A program made the position numbers and the translations under genes. A stretch of 64,000 nt of DNA from assembly GCA_965116825.1 (NCBI GenBank), contig OZ220736.1, forward strand, positions 5,714,592-5,778,591. Reading direction: 5' to 3'. Under the pieces are notes generated by a model. The model searched no databases. It had not been told where the DNA came from and was given only the letters and a program-made list of their open reading frames with translations. Positions 1 through 9,466 of this stretch are shown piece by piece. This DNA is from Vicinamibacterales bacterium (lineage in GTDB: Bacteria; Acidobacteriota; Vicinamibacteria; Vicinamibacterales; UBA8438). The first letter of the stretch is position 1, and each line of letters begins with the position of its first letter.

Positions 1-1363
1 CCACGGCCTGCTCGATGCCCCGCTCGAAGCCTCCCTCCCGGTATCCGGCCTCGTAGAACGGCAGCAGCACACCCAGGTCGTTGGCGTCGACCGGGCGGCG
101 AAACGCCCGCCGCGCCAGGGCGGCCAGAATCTCCTCGGCGCACGCGCGCTCGGCCGCGGCCCCCGCCTCGGGGCGGCAGGTGAAGATGCGGTCCCGGCTG
201 GGCGTGCTGACCGGCGCAGCAGGACGGTACGGCCCGGTGACGATCACCTCGCTGACGTACGGCAGGTCATGCGTCCGGTCGTGCTCCAACAGCGCGCGCA
301 GGAACGGACGGCGCACGCGCTCGACCTGTGCGGCGGGTCGTCTGAGGAAAGAGACGGCCAGCCGCCGCGGCCCCGCCTGCACCGGAACCCGGACCCGTAG
401 ATTGGCGTCGGCGGCCTCCAGCGGGCTCGCGCTCCAGTCGGAGTCTTCGGCCGCGAGATCCGCTCCGACAGTCAGCAATCCGGCCCGGGCCCCATCGACG
501 GCAATCTCCACCTGGTGCGGCTCGTTCAGCCCCACGATGTCGCCGCCGTTGCCGGACGCGCCGTTGCGGGCCAGGCGGACGCGGATCTCGTACTCGCCGT
601 CGACGGGGAAGAAATGCTCGACCAGCGTGCCCCCGCGGGTGCCGAACGGCAGCCCTTCCAGGCGATCGCGCTGCGTCAGCTCGGTCGACACCCGGTAGAC
701 GTCGGCGGTCACGGCGACGCCCGAATCGCTGGCGACGGCGAGCCGGCTGATGCGGTTCGCGGCGGCGAGGTAGCTCTCCAGAAGGAGCGGCGAGAGGCCG
801 AGCACATCGCCGATGTTGTCGAAGCCGTAGCTCGACGTATCCGGCGGCAGCACCGACGACACGTCGACGTCGAGCGCGAGCAGATCGCGTATCGCGTTGC
901 GGTACTCGGCGCGGTTCAGGCGATGGAGGACGGCGGGCCGGCCCGGATCCGGGTTGGCGTCGGCCGCGGCGTCGAGCCGCGTCTCCAGCCACGTCGCGAC
1001 TCGTTCGTAGGCCTCCGCGGCCGGCCGCGGCCGGCCCGCCGGCGGCATCGAGCCGTTGCGGAGCCGCCGGACGACGTGCTCCCAGCGCTCGGCATCGTCG
1101 GCGATCTCGCCGACGTCGAGCACGTCGAAAGCGAGCCCGGTCTCGCGCCCGACCGTCGAGCGCTGATTATGGCATGCCCGGCAGTAGCGGCTCAGAACGG
1201 CCCGGACCTCCGCGCTGCCGCCGGATTCACCGGCCGAAGCGGCGAGGTTCTCGGGCTGCGCGAAGCCGGGCCGCGCCGCCGCCGGCCCCATGACCGCGGC
1301 CAGCAACCCGACCAGGACGAGAAACCGCGGTCCCAGGAGCCCGCGGCACAATCCCCGCTGCAT
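1..1363 (-). CDS. DUF1592/DUF1588-family (PSCyt/PSD) c-type cytochrome domain protein, 3' part outside window
   Basis: Not in ORF track (runs off the edge). Manual translation from ATG 1363 gives MQRGLCRGLLGPRFLVLVGLLAAVMGPAAARPGFAQ..VLSRYCRACHNQR: signal peptide plus CxxCH. Downstream sequence parallels the 2803-5259 protein (MPPAGRPRP, YGFDNIGD, LPFGTRGG, HFFPVDGEY). Confidence 0.85.
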   Translation of the reverse strand, partial: MQRGLCRGLLGPRFLVLVGLLAAVMGPAAARPGFAQPENLAASAGESGGSAEVRAVLSRYCRACHNQRSTVGRETGLAFDVLDVGEIADDAERWEHVVRRLRNGSMPPAGRPRPAAEAYERVATWLETRLDAAADANPDPGRPAVLHRLNRAEYRNAIRDLLALDVDVSSVLPPDTSSYGFDNIGDVLGLSPLLLESYLAAANRISRLAVASDSGVAVTADVYRVSTELTQRDRLEGLPFGTRGGTLVEHFFPVDGEYEIRVRLARNGASGNGGDIVGLNEPHQVEIAVDGARAGLLTVGADLAAEDSDWSASPLEAADANLRVRVPVQAGPRRLAVSFLRRPAAQVERVRRPFLRALLEHDRTHDLPYVSEVIVTGPYRPAAPVSTPSRDRIFTCRPEAGAAAERACAEEILAALARRAFRRPVDANDLGVLLPFYEAGYREGGFERGIEQAV

Positions 1364-1419
1364 CACCCACTCTCCAGGCTTCGACCGGCCTCGATCCCTG
1401 TCAGACAGCTCAGCCCCCG

Positions 1420-1462
1420 CAGCGGACTCAGACCCCCGTCAGCGGACTCAGACCCCCGTCAG
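1420..1462. repeat. 20-bp tandem duplication (CAGCGGACTCAGACCCCCGT x2) covering the DUF1552 stop codon
   Basis: agcggactcagacccccgtc occurs at 1421-1440 and 1441-1460; two different minus-strand ORFs both end in LTGV*. Confidence 0.9.
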
Positions 1463-2806
1463 ATAACGCAGCTCGCCGGTGCTGTCGCCGAAGTTCTCGG
1501 TCGGCACGTCCATCATGCCGAGCAGCGTCAGGTACAGGTTCGTCAGCGGCGTCTCGTCCGCGTAGGTCAGATGGCGGTTGCCCTCGAGCTGACCGGCGGC
1601 GCCGCCCGCGACCAGGATCGGCAGCTTCTGAATGTTGTGCAGGTTGCTGTTGCTCATCCCGCTGCCGTAGAGGATCGCCACCTGATCCAGCAGCGTGCCG
1701 TCGCCGTCGGGCGTCGCCCGCAGCCTGTCCAGGTAGTAGGAGAGCAGCGCCGTGTGGTATGTGCCGACCTTGGTCAACTTCTCCAGGCTCTCCGGCCGGT
1801 TCTCGTGGTGCGACAGCGCGTGGTGCGGATCGGGCACTCCGATCTGCGGGTACGTCTGCGCCGTCAGCTCCGGCGTCATCAGGAAGGAGATGACGCGGGT
1901 GAGGTCGGCCTGGTAGGCGAGCACCTGCAGGTCGAACATCACCTTGACGTACTCGTCGAACGAGGCCGGAATGCTCCCGGACGGCCGGTCCACGACCGGC
2001 AGCTCGCGGTCGGCATCCGCCTCGGCGCGCTGAATGCGGCGCTCGACGTCGCGCACCGCGGCGAGATAGTCGGTCAGCTTGGCCCGGTCCGCCGCGCCCA
2101 GCCCGTCCTGCAGTCGGGCCACCTTGCGGGTCACCGCGTCGAGGATGCTGCGGTCCTTGCGCATCCGCTCGCGCCGCGCCTGCGGGTCGGTGCTGGTGCC
2201 GTCGCCGAACAGCCGCTCGAAGAGCGCGCGCGGGTTGCTCTCCATCGGCAGCGGCGTCGTCGGCGTGCTCCAGCTCAGGGTGGAGATGTAGGCGCAACTG
2301 AAGCCGGCATCGCAGGCGCCGCCGAACTCCGGCAGCCCGATGCCCACCTCCAGGGAGGCGAGCTGCGTCTGCTGGCCGAGCTGCGCCGCCGCGATCTGGT
2401 CGACCGAGACACCCGCCTCGAAGTCGGCGCCCTCGGTCGGCTTGGCGTGCACGCCGGTCAGGAAGGCGCCGGTGATCCGCCCGTGGCCCCCGGCCGGGTC
2501 CCCCGGCATCTGCGCCGCCGGCGCGTGATCGAGGTTGGACAGCACGACCAGGTTGTCGCGGAACGGCTCCAGCGGCTTCAGGATGGGCGTGAACTCGAGC
2601 CCGGCACCCTCGGTGGGCGGCGTCCAGTTCTTCATCACGGCGCCGTGCGGCACGTACACGAAGCCCAGGCGCGGCTTCGGCCGGGCGGCCGTCCGGCCGA
2701 GCGCGGTCAGCGCCGGCACCATCCCGTCGAGCAGCGGAAGCGCCACTGCGGTGCCCAATCCGCGGAGCACGGTGCGCCGGGGCAGCGTCTTCTTCGTGAT
2801 GATCAT
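1448..2806 (-). CDS. DUF1552 (HXXSHH) family protein with twin-arginine-like leader
   Basis: C-terminal part of ORF 1448..5083. Real start MIITKKTLPRRTVLRG at 2806 overlaps the upstream stop (ATGA). Motifs PHHALSHH and YGSGMSNSNLH. Confidence 0.88.
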   Translation of the reverse strand: MIITKKTLPRRTVLRGLGTAVALPLLDGMVPALTALGRTAARPKPRLGFVYVPHGAVMKNWTPPTEGAGLEFTPILKPLEPFRDNLVVLSNLDHAPAAQMPGDPAGGHGRITGAFLTGVHAKPTEGADFEAGVSVDQIAAAQLGQQTQLASLEVGIGLPEFGGACDAGFSCAYISTLSWSTPTTPLPMESNPRALFERLFGDGTSTDPQARRERMRKDRSILDAVTRKVARLQDGLGAADRAKLTDYLAAVRDVERRIQRAEADADRELPVVDRPSGSIPASFDEYVKVMFDLQVLAYQADLTRVISFLMTPELTAQTYPQIGVPDPHHALSHHENRPESLEKLTKVGTYHTALLSYYLDRLRATPDGDGTLLDQVAILYGSGMSNSNLHNIQKLPILVAGGAAGQLEGNRHLTYADETPLTNLYLTLLGMMDVPTENFGDSTGELRYLTGV

Positions 2807-5259
2807 GAGTCCGATCTCCTCATCTGGAACGGAAGGCTCCGGGCGACGCCGAGAATCAGCGACGACCAGCGGTAGTCGTTCGCCGCGGCCTCGCGCACGA
2901 TGGCGCGGATGGCCGGGCGGTCGTAGTACTCCACGCCGCGGCCGAGGGCGTAGGTCAGCAGCTTTTCGGCAACGGTGGTGACGAACTCCTCGCGACGCTC
3001 CAGCAGGATGTCCCGCAGGTCCGGAAATCCCTCGAAAGCCGTCCCGTCCGGCAACGTGCCGGAAGGATCGATGGGTGTGCCGGCAACGCCCGTGTCGCGC
3101 CACTTGCCGACAGCGTCGAAGTTCTCGAGCGCGAAACCGAGCGGATCCATCCGGGCGTGACAGTTCGAGCACACGGGGTTCGCGCGATGCGCCTCCAGGC
3201 GGGCGCGCAGGGACGTGACCGTGCCGTCGTCGGCCCGCTCCGGCAGGTCCGGGACATCCGGCGGGGGCGGGGGCGGCGGCGTGCCGAGGATGTTCTCCAG
3301 CACCCACTTGCCGCGCACGACCGGTGAGGTCCGTGTGGCCAGCGACGTCACGGTCAGCACGCTGCCGTGGCCGAGCAGGCCGCGGCGCTCCTCGCCCCGC
3401 AGGGCGACGCGCCGGAAGCGCGAGCCGTAAACGTTCGGAATCCCGTAGTGCCGGGCGAGGCGCTCGTTGACGAAGGTGTAGTCCGCGCTCAGCAGGTCGA
3501 CCACGCTCCGGTCTTCCCGCATCTGGCTCTCGACGAACAGCTCCGTCTCGCGCACCAGGGCGTCCCGCAGGTTCTCGTCGAACCCCGGAAAGGCATTGAC
3601 GTCGGGAGTCACCGTGCGCATGCGGCGCAGGTGCAGCCACTGCGCGGCGAAGCTCGACACGAGCACGCCCGCCTTCTCGTCGGCGAGCATCCGCCCCACC
3701 TGCCGCTCCAGCACCGCCGGGTCCCTGAGCCTGCGGGCCGCCGCCGCGTCCAGGAGCTCGTCGTCCGGAATGCTGCTCCACAGGAAGAACGACAGCCGCG
3801 ACGCGAGCTCGAGGTCGCTGAGGCGGTAGGGGGAGGCAGGCTCGACGCCCGCCGGATCCCGCTCGATGCGGAACAGGAACTCGGGATCGACCAGGATGCT
3901 CTCCAGGGCCCGCTGAATGCCGGCGTCGAAAGAGCCCTCGGCGCGTCCTTCGCCGTAGAAGCCGCGCAGCAGATCGAGGTCGAGGTCGTCGACCGGCCGG
4001 CGGAACGCCCGCCGGGCCAGCGTCCCCAGGATCTCGTCGGCGCACGGCCCCTCTTGCGCGGCCGTCTCCGGACGGCAGACGAAGATGCGCCGGCGGCTGG
4101 CCGCCTCGCCTTCCCCTTCGGGTCCGCGGCCGATCGTGTCGGGACTGAAGGGACCTTCGACCGCCACGCTCTCGAGCGCCATCCGCTGCACGTAGCCGCG
4201 GCCCGTGGAGAACGTCCAGATCGGCAGCCGGCTCGGCGCCATCCCCTCGGTCACCGCCGTCCGCTTCGTGAACGACACGCTCACCACGTGCGTGCCCGCG
4301 CGCGCCGGGAAGCGGACCAGCAACGGCTCGCCGGGATCCACGACCCGCGCCGCTCCGGGATCGGCGCCCTCCGGCCAATTCCCGACCCGCAGCAGCGCGC
4401 GCCGGACGCCGTCCACCCGCACGTCGATCTCCTGCGGCTCCCGCCTGCCGCTGCCCTGCAGCCCGATGCGGACCAGGTACTCCCCGTCGAGCGGGAAATG
4501 GTGCCGCACCGCGGCGCCGCCGCGCGAGCCGAACGGCAGGTCCTCCCCCATGCGGTCGTCCTGCACCAGCAGCGAGGAGAGCGGGTAGCGCACCGCGTCG
4601 GCCTCGATGCTCGGGTCGCCGACAGCCAGACGCGCAATTCTGCGGGCCGACGACATGTAGCGCTCCAGCAGCCCGGGCGCCACGGTCAGGATGTCGGCGT
4701 TGTTGTCGAAGCCGAACGCCAGGTCGTCGCCCGGGAGCATCGTCGCCGTGTCGATCTCCAGATCGAGCAGATCGCGAATGGCGTTCGTGTACTCCAGCCG
4801 GTTGAGGCGATGGATAGTCGGCCGGCCGGGATTCGGCTCGGCGGCGGCGGCCCGGTCGAGGGCGGTTTCCAACCACGTCGCAAACGCACCGTAGGTCTCC
4901 GCGTCCGGCCGCGGGCGGCGCGGCGGCGGCATCGCCTGCGTGCGCAGCTTCTGGAGTACCTTCTCCCAGACCTCCGCATCCGCGCCGACGTGCTCCATGC
5001 CGATATCGTCGAGGGCGAGGTTCCCCGTCAGCAGGCGCTCGTTGTGGCAGGTCACGCAGTAGCGGTCCAGCACCGCGCGCCACATCGAGGCGTCGGTCCC
5101 CGCCGGGGGCTCGGTCGGAGCCTGCGCGGCTGGCTGCACGGATACGGCAGCCGCGGAGGGCGCCTGGGCTGCCGCGGGCGCGGCGGAGGCGTACAGGGCG
5201 AGCGCGAGTCCCGTCACGAAGGCCGCAGCCGGTCTGGTTCCCCTCGCCCAGCTCGTCAT
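2803..5259 (-). CDS. DUF1592/DUF1588/DUF1585/DUF1587/DUF1595 multidomain di-heme cytochrome c-like protein
   Basis: Signal peptide; CVTCH and CSNCH heme motifs; RLNRLEYTNAIRDLL, ELASRLSFFLWSSIPD, TSPVVRGKWVLENILG, DPLGFALENFD. RBS GGGAGA before ATG 5259. Confidence 0.9.
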   Translation of the reverse strand: MTSWARGTRPAAAFVTGLALALYASAAPAAAQAPSAAAVSVQPAAQAPTEPPAGTDASMWRAVLDRYCVTCHNERLLTGNLALDDIGMEHVGADAEVWEKVLQKLRTQAMPPPRRPRPDAETYGAFATWLETALDRAAAAEPNPGRPTIHRLNRLEYTNAIRDLLDLEIDTATMLPGDDLAFGFDNNADILTVAPGLLERYMSSARRIARLAVGDPSIEADAVRYPLSSLLVQDDRMGEDLPFGSRGGAAVRHHFPLDGEYLVRIGLQGSGRREPQEIDVRVDGVRRALLRVGNWPEGADPGAARVVDPGEPLLVRFPARAGTHVVSVSFTKRTAVTEGMAPSRLPIWTFSTGRGYVQRMALESVAVEGPFSPDTIGRGPEGEGEAASRRRIFVCRPETAAQEGPCADEILGTLARRAFRRPVDDLDLDLLRGFYGEGRAEGSFDAGIQRALESILVDPEFLFRIERDPAGVEPASPYRLSDLELASRLSFFLWSSIPDDELLDAAAARRLRDPAVLERQVGRMLADEKAGVLVSSFAAQWLHLRRMRTVTPDVNAFPGFDENLRDALVRETELFVESQMREDRSVVDLLSADYTFVNERLARHYGIPNVYGSRFRRVALRGEERRGLLGHGSVLTVTSLATRTSPVVRGKWVLENILGTPPPPPPPDVPDLPERADDGTVTSLRARLEAHRANPVCSNCHARMDPLGFALENFDAVGKWRDTGVAGTPIDPSGTLPDGTAFEGFPDLRDILLERREEFVTTVAEKLLTYALGRGVEYYDRPAIRAIVREAAANDYRWSSLILGVARSLPFQMRRSDS

Positions 5260-5336
5260 CGTCGTCTCCCGCGTGTTGGCGCCGTCCACCGGCGCGCCGT
5301 CATTTCAGCCACCAGCCCGAAACTCGTCCGCCTGAC

Positions 5337-5400
5337 GGCTCCCGCTATCCGCCAACGAACTCTCTCCGCGAATCTACGCCATGCTACGGCGCAGGCGCCC
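5337..5400 (+). repeat. Dispersed intergenic palindromic repeat, copy 1 (degenerate)
   Basis: ggctcccgctatccgccaacgaactctctccgcgaatctacgccatgctacggcgcagg aligns with the copies at 6973, 28845 and 62771. Confidence 0.6.
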
Positions 5401-5417
5401 GGCAGTTGTCCCCACCG

Positions 5418-6908
5418 TCACCGAATCGGTCCCTCGTTGAAGATGTCGATGAAGCTCTCGGTCGTCTCCGCGCTGCCGAGCGCCCGCAGCAGATCGGCGG
5501 TGCTTCCCCCGCCGAGCCCCGGCAGCAGGATGTGCCCGCCCCCCTCGGCGATCATCAGCGGCGTGATGCCGCGCCGATCCGGGACCTCGACCGTCGCCCC
5601 GTGCTCGAAGAGAAGCTGCACGGCCGCGTCCGAGCGGATGTGCGCCGCCCCGTGCAACGCCGAGCGGCCGACCGCGTTGGTCGCGTTCACGTCGGCGCCG
5701 AGATCCAACACCAACTGCACGGCGTCGAGGGTCTCCGCCTCGGTCACCCGCGTCTCGGCCGGCACCCGCCCCAGACCCGACGCCACCATCAGCGGCGTGG
5801 TCCCTTCGTCGGTCGCGAGCCGCGTGTCGGCGCCGGCGGCGACCAGCGCGTCCATCACCGGCACGTTGGCGTCCATCGCGGCGAGCAGGAACGGCGTGGC
5901 GCCGACCATGCTCACGCGGAAGCGCTGGCTCGCGAACCCGAACTGCGGCGGGTGATTGACCAGTCGCACGTCGGGATCCGCCCCGTGAGCCAGCAGCGCC
6001 TCGACCAGCGCCAACCTCCCCTCTTGCACCCCGTTCATCGAACGCCATTCCTCGTCGCGCCCCGTCTCGATGCCGCGCAAACTGCCGGTCAGCTCGGTGT
6101 GCCAGGAGCCGGCCGCCCAGTGCAGCGGCGTGTAGCCGCCCTCGCCGGCGTTCGGGTCGGCCCCCTGCTCCAGCAGGAACGTCGCCAGCCGGGTGTGCCC
6201 GCGGACCGCCGCGACCACCAGCGGCGTGGCGCCGCCCGGGGCGGTCGCGTTCACGTCGGCCCCCGCGTCCAGCAGCAACGCCGCCAGCTCCGGCTCGTTC
6301 TCCCGCGCCGCGATCGCCAGCGCCGTGAACCCGCCGGCGGTGCGGGCGTGGACGTCGGCGCCGTTCTCGACCAGCGCGCGCACGATCTCGGTGTGACCCT
6401 CGGCCGCCGCCCACATCAGTGCGGTCTGGCCCTGCCAGGTCTCCGCCGCGGAGGGGTTCGCGCCGGCATCCAGCAGCGCGCGCACCGCATCGACGCTGCC
6501 CGTCCGGGCGCACGTCATCAGCGGGGTCTCGCCGGTCGAGCGGGCCGCGTCGGCATCCGCCCCTGCCTCCAGCAGGCGCATCACCATGCGCGCGGACCCG
6601 TTGTCGCACGCCAGCGACAGCGGCGTCACGCCGTAGTCGTTCGCCGCCTCTACATCGGCGGCCGCCGCGAGCAGCCGCTCCGCCAGCCCCGCCGCGTCGT
6701 GGTAGGCGGCCCAGTGCAGCGCGGTCGCCCCGTCGGCGGCAGGCGCGTTCACGTCGGCGGACGCCCGCAGAAGCGCCTCGACCGCCGCCGTGTCCCGCGC
6801 CTTGACCGCATCGATCAGCGAGCCTTCGTTCGCACCGGCGGAAACGCTGCCTGCGGTCAGCGCCAGAATCAACGCCAGCCCGCACCGATACTCGAAGATT
6901 CGCATCAT
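5418..6908 (-). CDS. Secreted ankyrin-repeat protein
   Basis: Signal peptide; about ten or more G-x-T-[PA]-L-[HM]-x-A ankyrin repeats (DGATALHWAA, GETPLMTCA, GQTALMWAA, GYTPLHWAA); RBS GAGAGG. Confidence 0.92.
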   Translation of the reverse strand: MMRIFEYRCGLALILALTAGSVSAGANEGSLIDAVKARDTAAVEALLRASADVNAPAADGATALHWAAYHDAAGLAERLLAAAADVEAANDYGVTPLSLACDNGSARMVMRLLEAGADADAARSTGETPLMTCARTGSVDAVRALLDAGANPSAAETWQGQTALMWAAAEGHTEIVRALVENGADVHARTAGGFTALAIAARENEPELAALLLDAGADVNATAPGGATPLVVAAVRGHTRLATFLLEQGADPNAGEGGYTPLHWAAGSWHTELTGSLRGIETGRDEEWRSMNGVQEGRLALVEALLAHGADPDVRLVNHPPQFGFASQRFRVSMVGATPFLLAAMDANVPVMDALVAAGADTRLATDEGTTPLMVASGLGRVPAETRVTEAETLDAVQLVLDLGADVNATNAVGRSALHGAAHIRSDAAVQLLFEHGATVEVPDRRGITPLMIAEGGGHILLPGLGGGSTADLLRALGSAETTESFIDIFNEGPIR

Positions 6909-6972
6909 CACCTCTCGACGCCTTCCGCAGCGCCTGCTCATCGACTCCCTGGCCCGGAAACCGTCGCCCTAA

Positions 6973-7036
6973 GGCTCCGTTTTCCGCCCAACCAACCCTC
7001 TCCGGAAGTCTGCACCGTTCTACGGCGCAGACTTCC
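6973..7036 (+). repeat. Dispersed intergenic palindromic repeat, copy 2
   Basis: ggctccgttttccgcccaaccaaccctctcc followed by hairpin GGAAGTCTGCACCG-ttcta-CGGCGCAGACTTCC. Confidence 0.75.
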
Positions 7037-7060
7037 CCGGCGCCCGGATCGAGCAGACCG

Positions 7061-9259
7061 TCAGTTGGCCAACGGATGCGGCCGGATCTGGAACCGCACG
7101 ATCTCGCTCGTCGCCCCCTTGCCCCCTTCGAGGTGGAACGGCGATCCGGTGTTGAAGCTCGACCAGACGCCGCGCCCCTTCCAGCCGGCGTCCGGATCGT
7201 CGATCCGGCCGTCGAGGCCGCGGCTGTAGAAGCCGAGCGGATACGGCACGCGCATGATCACCCACTCGCCGCTGTCCGGATCGAGTGCGAGCAGCGCGTC
7301 GGACGTCGTGCCGGTGGCGATCGGCACGTTCGCGCCAAGCCCCAGCGTGTCGAACTGGTCGACCCAGTTGTAATAGTGGTAGTCGGCGTTCGCCGATCCG
7401 TCGACGCCCTTCAGCTTCGGCCCGGGGGACGGATACAGCGTCCATCCCTCGCGGCAATGCTGGCCGGTCGCCGCCGGTCCGTTCAGCACCGTGCACTTGT
7501 CGCGGTCGAAGCTGGCGAGGTGGCCGCTGCCGCCCAGCGCCGTCCAGATCAGCCCGTTGCGGTCGACGTCGATGCCCCGGGGACCGAAGCCCCACTCGCT
7601 CGGATCGCCGCTGGGGTCGTAGGGCGGCTCGTACACCTCCGAGATGCAGGTCTCGGGCGGGTTGTCGCCGAGGTCGAGCCGGATCAGCCGTCCCGGCACG
7701 TCGAAGCGCCGCGTGATCCAGACCGACCCATCCGGATGCGGAATCACGCCGTAGGCGCGCTTGAACTTGTCGAGGCTCCCGATGCGCGTATCGCGCGCCG
7801 GGTCGATCTCGACGTCGCCGTTGTAGTCCGGCTCGTTCCACGGCTTCGTGATCTGGCCGTCGCCGTTGGTGTCGATGACGGTCGGGCACCAGCCCTGCGA
7901 CGCCCGTTCGTCCCCGGTCTCGTCGTAGAGCCGCGTGTTGAGCCAGCCGATGGCCTCGGTCGAGCCGCTCAGCCAGAGCGTGTCGTCCTCGTCGTCGGCG
8001 AACTGCAGGTGGTGCGTGAAGTAGCAGGTGTCGATGAGCTCGAACTCGCCGGTCTCCGGGTCGTAGTACGACACCTGCCGCGACTCGGCGCGGTGCTGGA
8101 TCGGGTAGTACTGCGCGAACGGATGATCCGACCCCTCGAGGCACCAGTCGGGCACGTCGTTGGGCCGCACCGCCTGCGTGATCCAGAGGCGCCCCTTGTC
8201 GTCCAGCATCGGGTTGTGGGCGCTCCGGCTCTGCAGGCCGGCGGGTGGTTCATCGGCCCAATAGAGCGACGGGACCGCCGTGGACGAACCCTGGTAGGAG
8301 TCGGCGCGCCGCGGCCGCTCGATGCGCGTGGGCAGGTCCATGCGGACCGATGTGTGGGTGCGCGGATCGGTGATCACGAGCCCCGCCCCGCCGACCCCGT
8401 AGATCGGCCCGTTCGCATTGAGCGTCGGGTTGCGCTTGTCGGTCGTGATCTCGTCGTGGACCATGCCGCGCGGATGTCCCCACTCCCACATGCTGAGGAC
8501 GAGGTTGCGCTCGCGCCCCTGCGGGCGCGGGGGCACCGGCGGGAGCTCGCCGGCGGCAATCCGGTCGCTCCAGTCGGCGTACAACTGCAGGGCCCGAGGC
8601 CGGCCCATGCGGTTGATCTCGACCGCCATCGCCGGCCCGGCCCCGCCGGCCCGGATGCGGTACTCCCACGCGGCGACGGCCGAGTCGAAGTCGTCGAGGT
8701 CGAGCATCGGCATCTCGCGCGTCGCCTTGTTGCCGAGCTGGTGGCAGAGCTGGCAGCCGTCCTTCAGCCGGTCGACCCAGTCGGCCTGCGTCCGCATGGC
8801 GACGCCGATGCCGTTGCCCCGCGGGCCGGTGCCCGGAAAGTCGCTGGCCGGCGGCACCTCCAGAAGCGAGTACCAGTAGTTGGCGGGATAGATCTCCGCC
8901 GCCGCGTGCGGCGAGGCGGCCGCGGTCGCGATCAGGGCGATGTCGTCGCCGGGCCGTGCAGCCGTCTTGTCGGAGTCGGTCAGGCCGTAGCCGCGCACCC
9001 ACACTTCGTAAGCGGCTTCCGGAAGGTCCGGCACCAGGAACCGTCCGTCGTCGCCGGTCACGACGATCTTCCGGAAGCCGGTGTCGAAGTCCTGCGTCTC
9101 GGCGATGACCCAGACGCCCGCCTCCGGGCCGGCCGCACTGGTCACGACGCCACTGATGTCGTCGTCCTGGGCCGCGACAGGGGGGCCGAGCACCACGAGA
9201 CCCGCCGCCAGGAACGCCGCCGCTGCGTACATGCTCACCGCACGAAGTCGTTCGATCAT
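7061..9259 (-). CDS. Exported protein: carboxypeptidase-regulatory-like N-domain, single CxxCH heme motif, probable beta-propeller
   Basis: Signal peptide ending VAAQ; ISGVVTSAAGPEAGVWV..GRFLVPDLP..YEVWVRGYG; CQLCH; Trp/Asp-rich propeller-like C-terminus; RBS GGAGGG before ATG 9259. Confidence 0.8.
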   Translation of the reverse strand: MIERLRAVSMYAAAAFLAAGLVVLGPPVAAQDDDISGVVTSAAGPEAGVWVIAETQDFDTGFRKIVVTGDDGRFLVPDLPEAAYEVWVRGYGLTDSDKTAARPGDDIALIATAAASPHAAAEIYPANYWYSLLEVPPASDFPGTGPRGNGIGVAMRTQADWVDRLKDGCQLCHQLGNKATREMPMLDLDDFDSAVAAWEYRIRAGGAGPAMAVEINRMGRPRALQLYADWSDRIAAGELPPVPPRPQGRERNLVLSMWEWGHPRGMVHDEITTDKRNPTLNANGPIYGVGGAGLVITDPRTHTSVRMDLPTRIERPRRADSYQGSSTAVPSLYWADEPPAGLQSRSAHNPMLDDKGRLWITQAVRPNDVPDWCLEGSDHPFAQYYPIQHRAESRQVSYYDPETGEFELIDTCYFTHHLQFADDEDDTLWLSGSTEAIGWLNTRLYDETGDERASQGWCPTVIDTNGDGQITKPWNEPDYNGDVEIDPARDTRIGSLDKFKRAYGVIPHPDGSVWITRRFDVPGRLIRLDLGDNPPETCISEVYEPPYDPSGDPSEWGFGPRGIDVDRNGLIWTALGGSGHLASFDRDKCTVLNGPAATGQHCREGWTLYPSPGPKLKGVDGSANADYHYYNWVDQFDTLGLGANVPIATGTTSDALLALDPDSGEWVIMRVPYPLGFYSRGLDGRIDDPDAGWKGRGVWSSFNTGSPFHLEGGKGATSEIVRFQIRPHPLAN

Positions 9260-9466
9260 ATCGTCCCTCCTCGCGTGCTCGGCGACGTCTTCCGGCCTGC
9301 AGCCGGCAGCGGATACACGCCGCCCCACTCCGGTGACCGCGCCGTCGTCACCGGTCCGGCGTGCCAGGATCAACTGTCCCGTATACTAGCCCAGCAACTG
9401 GTCCGTCACAATGCCCGCCATCAGCCGGCGGTGGTCTGTCGCGTGAAGTGCTGCAGCACGCGCGGG

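Noticed and set aside
2807..5083. 1211-aa ORF suggesting a giant DUF1552 fusion
   Set aside because: The upstream part is an off-frame overlap with the DUF1592 gene; the real start is ATG 2806 with an RBS.
515..9466. Very long plus-strand ORFs (515..2875, 3367..5955, 5406..7229, N-terminal 800 aa of 7076..11338)
   Set aside because: Antisense shadows of recognisable minus-strand genes in high-GC DNA; Arg/Gly/Val-rich with no motifs.
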